IMG/VR virus record: IMGVR_UViG_3300024254_000006
Location: 1-41,629 of that record
DNA: 41,629 bases
DNA from: a virus
Lineage: Duplodnaviria > Caudoviricetes
Direction: 5' to 3' (one strand)
Each line of letters starts with the position of its first letter. Position 1 is the stretch's first letter. This document shows positions 9,974 to 18,649 of this stretch, in pieces. Below the pieces are notes generated by a model. That model did no database searches, was not told the DNA's origin, and was given only the letters and a program-made list of their open reading frames with translations. Made by a program: the position numbers and the translations under genes.

Positions 9974-10458
9974 TGGCGAAAGCTGTCGAAGTTAAAATCA
10001 GCGGCCTGGCCGAGATTCAGGACAAGCTCGAGCACTTACCCATCAAGGCCTCACGGAAGATCATGCGGCGGTCGCTTCGTGAGGCGGCGCAAATCTGGCT
10101 GGACGAGATGAAGTCCAGCGTGCGCCAGGGGCCACATCATTTCAAGGGCGGCAAGGACCTCTTTGGCGTAATCGCAAAAACTCTCAGCATGAGGGTGTCC
10201 GCTAGGTCAGACGTCTCTGGATCGGCTGTCGTGGGCGTTCCCAAGAAGGTTTTTTGGGCCAGTTTCGTCGAATTTGGCACTAAAGTCCGTTTTCGCGGCA
10301 AAAAGAGCGGTGGCAAGCGGTCAGGTGCGACAACCGGCGAGATGCCTGCCTTCCCGTTTGCGCGACCGGCTTTCGAGGCCAAGAAGCAGGAAGTGCTCGA
10401 TAAATTTGTCGCTGACATGAAGCAATCGCTCGAAGAGGAAGGGATAAAGTTTCAATAA
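9973..10458 (+). CDS. HK97 gp10-family tail morphogenesis protein
   Basis: ISGLAEI..KL, FVEFGT, MPAFPFARPAF. Confidence 0.9.
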   Translation: MAKAVEVKISGLAEIQDKLEHLPIKASRKIMRRSLREAAQIWLDEMKSSVRQGPHHFKGGKDLFGVIAKTLSMRVSARSDVSGSAVVGVPKKVFWASFVEFGTKVRFRGKKSGGKRSGATTGEMPAFPFARPAFEAKKQEVLDKFVADMKQSLEEEGIKFQ

Positions 10459-10866
10459 ATGCTATGCGAGGGGCTTGTAGCTTTTCTGGCGGCGGACGGT
10501 CCAATCGCGGCGCTTGTCCTGACTCGCGTTTGGGCAAACCAGCTTCCGACTATCTCATCGCCTTCCGACCTTCCCGCGATTGTCTATCGCGAGGTTCACG
10601 GCGACGGCGAATTCTCGATGGACGGTCCAGATCAGCTTCAGTATTCGCGAATGCAGTTCAACTGCTATGGCAAGGTTTATGAGGACGCCAAGCGGGTTGC
10701 TCGCACGCTGCGACAGGAGCTCGAGCTTTTCACCGGCGCGCTATCTGATGGCACGGTGATTGAGCATATGCAGCGCGAAAGCGAAGTTGATATTTTCGAG
10801 GACGCGCCTTTCATTTACTGCACCGCAGTGGATTTCAAGATCACCTATCAGGATAGCGGCACTTAA
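10459..10866 (+). CDS. Tail terminator/completion protein (DUF3168-like)
   Basis: LPAIVY, RMQFNCYG.Y..A; position before the tail tube gene. Confidence 0.85.
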   Translation: MLCEGLVAFLAADGPIAALVLTRVWANQLPTISSPSDLPAIVYREVHGDGEFSMDGPDQLQYSRMQFNCYGKVYEDAKRVARTLRQELELFTGALSDGTVIEHMQRESEVDIFEDAPFIYCTAVDFKITYQDSGT

Positions 10867-10921
10867 AAAGTTTTTCCGGGGGTTCCCCTGGGAAAGTTTT
10901 GAACACTAAAAGGAGAAAACC

Positions 10922-11350
10922 ATGAGCCAAGCAGTATGTCCACGGGGAACGCAGCTCCAACGCGGAACGAATCCCCTAGCACCGACAGGTTACACCACTA
11001 TCGCCGAAGCGCGGAAAATTACCCGCACTGGAGCGAAGTCCGGTTTCGACAATGTGACGAACATGGACAGTGGAAATAACGAAGAGATGCTGCCGACGAT
11101 TTTAACGCCAGGCACAGTCGATTTCGAGATCAACTTCATACCGGGAGACGCGACGCAGCAAACACTCTTGGATGACTACAACAATCAAGTACTGAGTCCA
11201 TGGAAAGTCCAATTGCCGAACGCTCTTGGTGCCTGGACATTCAACGCATACGTCGAAAGCGAGGATTTCACCCTGGATTTCAGCAAGGCCGCGACAAAGT
11301 CGGTCAAACTGCAGATCACCGGCGGTGTTACCTGGACGCCAGGCGTTTAA
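10922..11350 (+). CDS. Major tail (tube) protein
   Basis: VTNMDS..EE.LP...PG.V.FEINFIP; LQITG; strong RBS; followed by a terminator. Confidence 0.88.
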   Translation: MSQAVCPRGTQLQRGTNPLAPTGYTTIAEARKITRTGAKSGFDNVTNMDSGNNEEMLPTILTPGTVDFEINFIPGDATQQTLLDDYNNQVLSPWKVQLPNALGAWTFNAYVESEDFTLDFSKAATKSVKLQITGGVTWTPGV

Positions 11351-11375
11351 TTTCGCTTAGGCGTTTAACGATTTC

Positions 11376-11411
11376 AGGGCGGGTCGATTCGTCGGCTCGC
11401 CCTTTTGTTTT
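11376..11411 (+). terminator. Rho-independent terminator
   Basis: GGGCGGGTCGA-TTCG-TCGGCTCGCCC followed by TTTTGTTTT. Confidence 0.85.
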
Positions 11412-11429
11412 ATATGGAGGCTTTCGCAA

Positions 11430-11957
11430 ATGGCAGGCAAGGTCGCAGCAATTAGACACAGGATAGCACCGTCGGTTCCGTTTTCTCTTGAGATCACAGA
11501 TTCATCCGGTTCGTTCAAGATCGATTTTCAACTGCGCTTCGACTTCAATGTCCTGGCGCGAATAGAGAAAGAAACCGGATTAAAGATGCTTGGCGGAATG
11601 GATATGTTCACGACGAAAATGTCCTCATCCGTTCTGAGCGCGATGCTTTGGGCTGCCGCAGCGGACAGCAATCCAGATTACGACAACGAAGAAGGCCTTC
11701 GCGCAATTCGTTCCTACCTAGACAAAGAAGCCGGGTCAAGAGCCTACGACGCATTGTGGGAAGCGTACATGCTCTTCCTGCCCAAAAAGGACGCCGATGT
11801 GCTGCGCGACCTCAAAGAAAAAGCGGACAAAGGTGAAGCGCCGCCGGAAAACCCTCCGACGGTCGAGCAGACGAGGACGTCGAAATCGGATGGCTCGACC
11901 TCTGGGCAATCGCAATCTACGACTTCGGAATTAGCGAACGCGAGTTCGGCGAGCTGA
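11430..11957 (+). CDS. Tail assembly chaperone (gpG-like)
   Basis: GGAGG RBS; lies between the tail tube and TMP genes; contains a slippery site. Confidence 0.8.
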   Translation: MAGKVAAIRHRIAPSVPFSLEITDSSGSFKIDFQLRFDFNVLARIEKETGLKMLGGMDMFTTKMSSSVLSAMLWAAAADSNPDYDNEEGLRAIRSYLDKEAGSRAYDALWEAYMLFLPKKDADVLRDLKEKADKGEAPPENPPTVEQTRTSKSDGSTSGQSQSTTSELANASSAS

Positions 11958-12211
11958 CATTCGCTGGATTCAGGGCGCTTGAGGAACGCCATAACGAGAA
12001 ATTTCGTCGCCAGCGTTTCTGCTCCGGGCTGATCGCGGCATCAATTGAAAACTACGCTATGACGCGCGGCGAGGATGCGCCATGGAAAACGGCTCTGGAT
12101 TACGTGCCCGAATGGGCGAAGAAAGAACCTCCAGCGGTTCCCGAAACTGACGACGAAATGATCGCTTCAATGGCCGCGTTCTTTGGATGCGGTCCAAGTA
12201 GACCTAACTAA
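11846..12211 (+). CDS. gpT-like -1 frameshift extension (G-T fusion), absent from the ORF track
   Basis: G GAA AAC at 11846-11852; the -1 frame is open to TAA 12209-12211, ending 1 nt before the TMP ATG (..WLDLWAIAIYDFGISEREFGELTF..). Confidence 0.85.
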   Translation, partial: GKPSDGRADEDVEIGWLDLWAIAIYDFGISEREFGELTFAGFRALEERHNEKFRRQRFCSGLIAASIENYAMTRGEDAPWKTALDYVPEWAKKEPPAVPETDDEMIASMAAFFGCGPSRPN

Positions 12212-12212
12212 T

Positions 12213-15200
12213 ATGCCAAACACACTCGGCTCAATCGTAGTTGACCTGCAGGCGAATACAGCCGCATTCGTCGAGGGGATGTCTCGCGCGTCATCGGCCG
12301 CAAAGAAGGCGGGCGCCGACATAAGCGAGTCTTTCTCGCGCCTTGGCGACCTGGCTGGAAGCGCGCTGGCTCCGTTCGGCGAAATCGGGCGAGTGATAGG
12401 CGATACCTTCGAACGTATCGGGGCAATGGGGTCGTCTGCCTCGCAGAGCATCGCCAAGGTTGCAGGCGGCCTGTCGCCGCTCGCTATCGGTGCGGGCGTC
12501 GCTGGCGCTGCGGTCGCGGCGTTAGACATCGCCGCTATAGAACTCACCATTCACTTCGCGGAGCAAGCCGCGAAGCTCGCCGTGCTATCCCAGCAGACCG
12601 GAGTTTCAGTCGAATCCCTATCCGCCCTTGGCTTCGTGGCGAAGCAATCCGGCGTCGATCAGGAAGTAATGACGCAAGGACTCACACGTCTAAGCAAGAG
12701 CCTGTTCAAAGCCGCAACGGATGCACCCGGCACGGCTAACGCTTATTCGCGACTTGGGATCGCCGTTCGCGATTCCGGCGGAAACGTGCGGGACGTCGGC
12801 GAAGTTTTTGGCGATGTCGCCGAGAAGTTCAGCCACATGGAAAAGGGAACGGTTAAGACTGCGCTCGCCATACAGCTTTTTGGCCGATCTGGCGCGCAAT
12901 TGATACCAGTCCTCAACGAAGGGAAAGAAGGCATCGCCGAATGGACGCGCGTTGCACAACTTTTCGGAATCGTTATCGATGAGCAGACCGCCGAGGCCGC
13001 TCACAAATTTGAGCAGACGACGAATGAAATGCACGCGGCGGCCGAAGGCCTAGGAATTCGGTTAATGAAAGACCTTTTGCCCACGCTGCAACTCATCGGA
13101 GACGAGATCATTAAGGCCTTCGAGAACAATCTCCCGGCGATGGATCGATTCGTAGATAAGATCGCATGGCTCGTAAAAACCAGCATCGCCCACGTTTACG
13201 AATTCGTTTCAATCCTGCAGCAGATAGGCCTGTTCTTCGATGCCATCGAAGTAGAAGCGAATCAACTTGGATTGACGATGCATGACGCCATCGTGGGAGG
13301 AATGCGTGGCGGCATGGCGGGAGCTGTCGCCGATGCTTCAAGCGGTGCAGCGAGAATGCAATCTATCTGGAAAAAGTTCGGCGATGACACCGCCGCCCTA
13401 TGGAAGAAAAACTCGGACTTCGTTCAGAATCTTACCGGCCCGCGCGCGCCATTCACGCCTATCCACGGTCGGGGTGGGACGAGCACTGACGTCGATACCA
13501 AGCCCGAAAAAGACGACACGATTCTGGAGCGTATCAAGGAAAGATTGGCGGCATTAGGACGCGAGGCTGACGAATGGCTGAAGATTGGCCAGGCGGGCAG
13601 CCAAGCAGAGCAATTGATCGCCGAAGCAGTCAAAAAGGGAAACGATGAATTCGGAAAACTCCGCGACCTGGCGTCAAAGGAAAAGAATCCAGTTCGACGC
13701 GCCGCGGCTTTATCTCTCGTAGATTCAAACGAAGGGCTTATCGAAGGATCTGCAGCCGCCGCCGTCTATGGCGCCGCAATCAAGGGCGTGGTTTCGGAAC
13801 TGGATAAGCAGCATCTGAAGCTCGAGGAAGAAGTGTCGGCTACCGAAGCGCTGACGGCCGCTTGGGGAACCGGTGAAGCCGCGGCCGCAATCGTTGCCGC
13901 GCATTTCGCAGATCAGGCCGCAAAGGTGCGTGTTCTAAAGGAAGCGCATGACCTGTTAGCCGCGAAGTTAGGAGAAGAGAACGCAGAGGTCAGGCAACTC
14001 GCTGAAGGCTATGCGCTGGCTTCTAAGGAACTCAAAGCAGACGAAATTAGTTATGCGGCAAAGGTTCACGCTGATCTAAACCTCGAAATTAAGAAGGCGA
14101 CTACTGCCTTTGACGATGAGCTGCCAGCGCTGCAGGCAATTACCGCGGCATATTTTGACACCGCCGCCGCCGCGAGGGCCGCGCAGGTAGAGCTAAAAGT
14201 TCAGCAGTTCAAAACAGCCAATCCTCTCGCCGACGAAGGCCAGGTCAATCGAGTCCGCGACCTAGAGAAGCAAAAGTCTGATCAGGCATTCCGCAATTCC
14301 ACCGTTGAACAGGCTTCAAAGTTCGATCTGATCCAGACCTATGACCTCGAGCTTCAAAAACTTTCCGAACTGCGGGAAGCGCTTCAAGAATATGGCAGAT
14401 CGACGCTGCTCATCGACGCCGCGATCTATGACGCCAACAATAGGATGATTCAACAATGGGATGCCGCGGTCGCTAAGGTGGGCACGTTCTCCCAGCGCTT
14501 CAAAGGCCTGATGAACGAACTCGCACTCGAGGGCCAAAACTTCAGCGGCAAGGTTTTCGATTCCTTTCACAAAGCGATTGACGATATGGAATCGCAGCTT
14601 GCCAAATTCGTTGTCACCGGCAAGGCGAACTTCAAACAGATTCTGCAGGGACTTGAAGAATCTATCGTTAAGGCCGGAATTCAGAGCGTCGTCGGAAAAG
14701 TGGCTGCCTCGATCGGCCTGAAGATTCCGGGCCTCGGGCCAAAGGCTGACGGCTCGGAGAACAATCCTTTCCATGTAATCATTGCAGGGAGCGGGGGACC
14801 TGGCGGCGGTGCGACTACGCCTGGAGGGATATTCGGCAGCGGTTCAGCCGGGGGCGGCATCTTTAGCGCATTGAGCAAGATTCCCGTTATTGGCGGGATT
14901 TTTGGCAAATTAGGTGGGCTCTTCGGCGGCGGCGAGCTCGGCAAGGCCGACGGCTCGCAGGCAAGCCCCTTCTACGTTATTTCCGCCGGAGGAGATTCGG
15001 GCGGCGGGGGCGGGCTGCTTTCTTCTCTCCTAGGCGGCGGCGATTCCGGAGGCGACGGCGGCGGAATCGGCGGTGCAATTGGCGGCATCGCAAGCATTTT
15101 CGGGGGCTTTCTGGCCGATGGCGGCGACGTGACGCCAGGCAAGGCCTATGTCGTCGGCGAAAAGCATCCTGAATTCTTCGTTCCAAAGTCAGCCGGTCGC

Positions 15201-15362
15201 GTGGCTCCGTCTCTAAAGGCTGGCGGCGATACAATCCATCACACAACCGTCAATTTCCATGTTCACGGCGTTAAGGATTACGACTCGTTCCGCCAATCGC
15301 AGGGCCAGATATACGCGAATCTACAGCAACAGGCTGCCATTGCGCATCAGAGGCATCGCTAG
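12213..15362 (+). CDS. Tape measure protein
   Basis: LGSIVVDLQANTAAF start; AIQLFGRSG..LIPVLN; C-terminal FLADGG.V..GK.YVVGE.HPE.FVP. Confidence 0.93.
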   Translation: MPNTLGSIVVDLQANTAAFVEGMSRASSAAKKAGADISESFSRLGDLAGSALAPFGEIGRVIGDTFERIGAMGSSASQSIAKVAGGLSPLAIGAGVAGAAVAALDIAAIELTIHFAEQAAKLAVLSQQTGVSVESLSALGFVAKQSGVDQEVMTQGLTRLSKSLFKAATDAPGTANAYSRLGIAVRDSGGNVRDVGEVFGDVAEKFSHMEKGTVKTALAIQLFGRSGAQLIPVLNEGKEGIAEWTRVAQLFGIVIDEQTAEAAHKFEQTTNEMHAAAEGLGIRLMKDLLPTLQLIGDEIIKAFENNLPAMDRFVDKIAWLVKTSIAHVYEFVSILQQIGLFFDAIEVEANQLGLTMHDAIVGGMRGGMAGAVADASSGAARMQSIWKKFGDDTAALWKKNSDFVQNLTGPRAPFTPIHGRGGTSTDVDTKPEKDDTILERIKERLAALGREADEWLKIGQAGSQAEQLIAEAVKKGNDEFGKLRDLASKEKNPVRRAAALSLVDSNEGLIEGSAAAAVYGAAIKGVVSELDKQHLKLEEEVSATEALTAAWGTGEAAAAIVAAHFADQAAKVRVLKEAHDLLAAKLGEENAEVRQLAEGYALASKELKADEISYAAKVHADLNLEIKKATTAFDDELPALQAITAAYFDTAAAARAAQVELKVQQFKTANPLADEGQVNRVRDLEKQKSDQAFRNSTVEQASKFDLIQTYDLELQKLSELREALQEYGRSTLLIDAAIYDANNRMIQQWDAAVAKVGTFSQRFKGLMNELALEGQNFSGKVFDSFHKAIDDMESQLAKFVVTGKANFKQILQGLEESIVKAGIQSVVGKVAASIGLKIPGLGPKADGSENNPFHVIIAGSGGPGGGATTPGGIFGSGSAGGGIFSALSKIPVIGGIFGKLGGLFGGGELGKADGSQASPFYVISAGGDSGGGGGLLSSLLGGGDSGGDGGGIGGAIGGIASIFGGFLADGGDVTPGKAYVVGEKHPEFFVPKSAGRVAPSLKAGGDTIHHTTVNFHVHGVKDYDSFRQSQGQIYANLQQQAAIAHQRHR

Positions 15363-15364
15363 AA

Positions 15365-16042
15365 ATGGCGTTTTTCGAACTCGAATTCCCAACAGCGATT
15401 TCATTCCGAGCGATGGGCGGTCCAACATTCAGCACCGAGGTCAAGGAAGGATATTCCGGGCAAGAACAGCGAAATCAGAATTGGCGAAATTGCTTAGGCA
15501 AGTGGACGATTTCGCTGATCACACCATTCGGCCAAGATCGTCAGCAGTACGTCTACCTGCTCGATTCGTTCTTTCTGGTAATTCGTGGCCGCGGCGATGC
15601 CTTTCGTTTCAAGGATCACAAAGACTTCCGCGCTCGCGGCGTGCAGATCGGCATGGGAGACGGCGCTACGACGGTTTTCCAGCTTCAAAAGACTTATCAG
15701 GTAGGCAGCCAAATCTATTTCCGCAAAGTTACCAAGCCGATTACGAGCGCAGTCACGGATTGGAAGGGCAATCCTCTTGCAGATTCCGTCACAATTTACG
15801 TCGCAGGTCTGCCGCTAGAATCCTCGCAGTTCGCCGTCGATGCCACGACAGGCCTCGTCACACTTACCGATGCTCCAGCGGATCGCGCTCTCGTTACCGC
15901 GGACTTCGACTTTCATCATCCAGTTCGGTTCGATGTCGATGACATGCAGCGGCAGATCGAAGAGTCTGACGTGCGCGGCGGAAATCCGATCATATCCCTA
16001 AACTCGGTGACTCTAGTGGAAGTTCGGCCGCCTCGATACTGA
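15365..16042 (+). CDS. Distal tail protein, DUF2460/TIGR02217 (RcGTA-like)
   Basis: FP..IS..A.GGP.FST, GQEQRN, RG...AFRFKD..D, GDG.TT.FQL.KTY, PVRFD.D. Confidence 0.9.
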   Translation: MAFFELEFPTAISFRAMGGPTFSTEVKEGYSGQEQRNQNWRNCLGKWTISLITPFGQDRQQYVYLLDSFFLVIRGRGDAFRFKDHKDFRARGVQIGMGDGATTVFQLQKTYQVGSQIYFRKVTKPITSAVTDWKGNPLADSVTIYVAGLPLESSQFAVDATTGLVTLTDAPADRALVTADFDFHHPVRFDVDDMQRQIEESDVRGGNPIISLNSVTLVEVRPPRY

Positions 16043-16044
16043 AT

Positions 16045-17283
16045 ATGGTTCCTTACATCTCTGAGGTCCAGCACGTCGGCCCAATTCTCGAACAGAGTTC
16101 GCCCGGAGCCGTGGCCGACGTCTCACAAGGTGATTACGTCTTCGTGGTCGGCATGGGGCGTCCGACGGCCTTTGCGCCAGAACTGGTAACCGGCGGTGCA
16201 AGTTCGGCATGGATCACTTCTTATACTTTTGCGACGCAGATATATGCATATCGCCGCGCCACGGCTGACGAAAACCTTAGCGTGCAACTCAGTTTTCCAG
16301 GCGGAGATCCGCCGATCGACTATGACGCGGAACTCTATCTAATCGTGGTCAAGGGCGCCACGCGGATCGATTCTGATGCCAACATCATCACCGTGCCCGG
16401 TTCTGACATTACGGTAGATGGTTTTTCGCTGCCCGGCAGTCCGCGGCCAGGAGATTCATTTCCAGCCGGGTCGACCATGGTTGCGCTATGGGTCATGTAT
16501 TCGCAGGACGGCTTCTCGTTAGCGCTTGGCGCTATTCAGGGCCAAGGCGGCTTCGAGGGGCACATTCCTGCAGGCTGGGCGGAAGTCGCAGGTTCCTTGC
16601 AGTCGGTTGTAGTTAGCATTGCTGGCGCGTTTGTGGAGTTCCCGCGCACCTTCGAATATAAAGGCACCGCCGGGGACTCATTTCTGACCGTAATCGATAA
16701 GGGCGGCGGCGGCGGCGAGAGTCGTAGAAGTAGCCGCGACTTGGCGCGCAAGAAATGGCTTGTATCACTGAAAACGCCAGCATCATTCCGCGGCAATCAA
16801 CAGCAGTTCGTCGATCTTCTCATGGCGTTCTTTATGACCTCGGCGGGAAAAGCCTATCCGCTTCGAGTGCGTGATCCCGTCGACTTCAAGGCCGAAAACG
16901 AAGCTCCGGTCCTGATCTCCTATCCCACTTATCAACTCGCGAAGCGCTATCAGATCGGCGGTCGCACGTACGTCCGCAATATCTACAAACCGATCACCGA
17001 TGCGGTTCAAGATTGGCAGGGCAATACCTTCGCAAATACGGTTCACATCTACTCAAACGGGACCGAAGTTTTTCCTCCCGCTGGCTACGTACTGGATGCG
17101 GAGACCGGAATTTTGACAGCTTACGGTCCTTCAATCACCGCCAGTTTTGAATTCGATTTTCCGGCGCGCTTCGATACGGATGAGCTCGCGCTTCAGGTCG
17201 AAGAATCTTTCGTCTCTGGCGGAAACATTATCGCCAGCGTGAGTTCATTGCCTCTGATCGAAGTGCTGCCGCCTGAATTCTGA
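16045..17283 (+). CDS. Second DUF2460 paralogue with a ~190-aa N-terminal extension
   Basis: The C-terminal half aligns by eye with 15365-16042 (KW..SL.TP, QQ.V.LL..FF, YQ.G...Y.R...KPIT.AV.DW.GN, P.RFD.D). Confidence 0.8.
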   Translation: MVPYISEVQHVGPILEQSSPGAVADVSQGDYVFVVGMGRPTAFAPELVTGGASSAWITSYTFATQIYAYRRATADENLSVQLSFPGGDPPIDYDAELYLIVVKGATRIDSDANIITVPGSDITVDGFSLPGSPRPGDSFPAGSTMVALWVMYSQDGFSLALGAIQGQGGFEGHIPAGWAEVAGSLQSVVVSIAGAFVEFPRTFEYKGTAGDSFLTVIDKGGGGGESRRSSRDLARKKWLVSLKTPASFRGNQQQFVDLLMAFFMTSAGKAYPLRVRDPVDFKAENEAPVLISYPTYQLAKRYQIGGRTYVRNIYKPITDAVQDWQGNTFANTVHIYSNGTEVFPPAGYVLDAETGILTAYGPSITASFEFDFPARFDTDELALQVEESFVSGGNIIASVSSLPLIEVLPPEF

Positions 17284-18209
17284 TGAAAACGGCCAGCCCC
17301 GGAATTTCAAGGCATCTGGCTCAGGGACAGACGACTCTCTGCGTCTTATGGAAAGTTACGCGCAAGGACAACACCGTCAAGGGTTTCACTTCGTTCGATG
17401 AAGACATCGTGCTTGACGGCGTGACTTATCTGGCCGCGACCGGCTTCGTGAATACCGCGACTTCCAACAAATCGGATTTGAGCGTCGATAATCTCGAAGT
17501 TACTGGGTTTTTGGACAGCGAGGCCTTAACTGAAAACGATCTTCGCGCTGGCCTGTACGACTCCAGTGACATTGAGATTCGTGTCATAAATTGGAAGAGT
17601 CCAGGGACATTCGGCTCAGTTCTGGTTCGCAAGGGAACGATCGGCGTCGTGAAAATGGTCAATGGAGTTTTCACCGCAGAGATTCGCGGCCTGACAAACT
17701 ATCTGACGACGCAGCTTGGCGCGACTCTCGGGCCGATCTGCCGCGCTGTATTCGGAAGCGGTCTGAATGGCATTGACCTAGAATCGCAGTACTTATGCAT
17801 GGTCGACGTCACTGCCTACCGGCAAACCGGATCTATCGCCAGCGTCACAAATCCAAGCGAAATACACCTGACGGCTGGCCTGCTAATGATCGGGTCAGCG
17901 ACCCCGGCGGTCGCGGCTCCGGACAATTGGTTTAACGATGGCGTCATCACGTTCACCTCGGGAAACAATAACGGATTGAGCTTCGAGATCAAGAGCTGGA
18001 CGGCAGCGGGCGGCGTTCTCACTTTTTACCTGCCGCTGCCGTATGCGCCAGCACCCGGCGACACATTCTCGATCGAGCCTGGCTGCAGCAAGACGACGGG
18101 AGATTGCACGAACAAGTTCAATAACATTGTGAATTTTCGCGGCGAGCCGTTCATCCCCGGCATGGATAGCTTCCTCAACGTGCCAGGGGCGGGAAGCGGC
18201 CTTGCATAG
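17283..18209 (+). CDS. Baseplate hub, DUF2163/BR0599
   Basis: W.VTRKD...GFT..D, DLRAGLYD, GC.KT...C..KF.N..NFRGEPFIPG. Confidence 0.92.
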   Translation: MKTASPGISRHLAQGQTTLCVLWKVTRKDNTVKGFTSFDEDIVLDGVTYLAATGFVNTATSNKSDLSVDNLEVTGFLDSEALTENDLRAGLYDSSDIEIRVINWKSPGTFGSVLVRKGTIGVVKMVNGVFTAEIRGLTNYLTTQLGATLGPICRAVFGSGLNGIDLESQYLCMVDVTAYRQTGSIASVTNPSEIHLTAGLLMIGSATPAVAAPDNWFNDGVITFTSGNNNGLSFEIKSWTAAGGVLTFYLPLPYAPAPGDTFSIEPGCSKTTGDCTNKFNNIVNFRGEPFIPGMDSFLNVPGAGSGLA

Positions 18210-18648
18210 AGCGGAGATCGTGGCGAAGGCGCGCGAATACGTTGGCACGCCATTTCACCAACAAGGTCGCGTAAAAGGCCGCGGCCTCGACTGCATCGGA
18301 ATTGTGCTGTGCGTCGGCGAGGATCTCGGTCTGCAATATCGCGACGGTCGGCCGATTCAACGTTTTGACTACATGAATTACGCGCTCTTTCCGGTGCTCG
18401 ATCAGATGCAGGCCGAGGCCGAAAAGAACTTCGTCAAAAAAGACCTGTTAACAATGAAGCCCGGCGACATCCTGACGATGCGCGCTCCGCATATGGTTCA
18501 TCACATGGCGATCGTTTCGGAGCTTCAGCATGGCCTCGGCATTATTCACGCTTACGGAGCAGTCGGTAAAGTGACGGAGCATTTGCTCGATGCTCGCTGG
18601 ACCGGCCGCGTCGCTGGCGTCTTCACATATTCAGGAGTTGACGACTAG
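18202..18648 (+). CDS. NlpC/P60 tail-associated peptidase
   Basis: AREYVGTPFHQQG..GLDCIG, PGDIL, H.AI, IIHAY. Confidence 0.92.
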   Translation: MHRAEIVAKAREYVGTPFHQQGRVKGRGLDCIGIVLCVGEDLGLQYRDGRPIQRFDYMNYALFPVLDQMQAEAEKNFVKKDLLTMKPGDILTMRAPHMVHHMAIVSELQHGLGIIHAYGAVGKVTEHLLDARWTGRVAGVFTYSGVDD

Positions 18649-18649
18649 C

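Noticed and set aside
12183-12212. TMP start at 12183
   Set aside because: It overlaps the gpT frame; the conserved TMP N-terminus begins at ATG 12213
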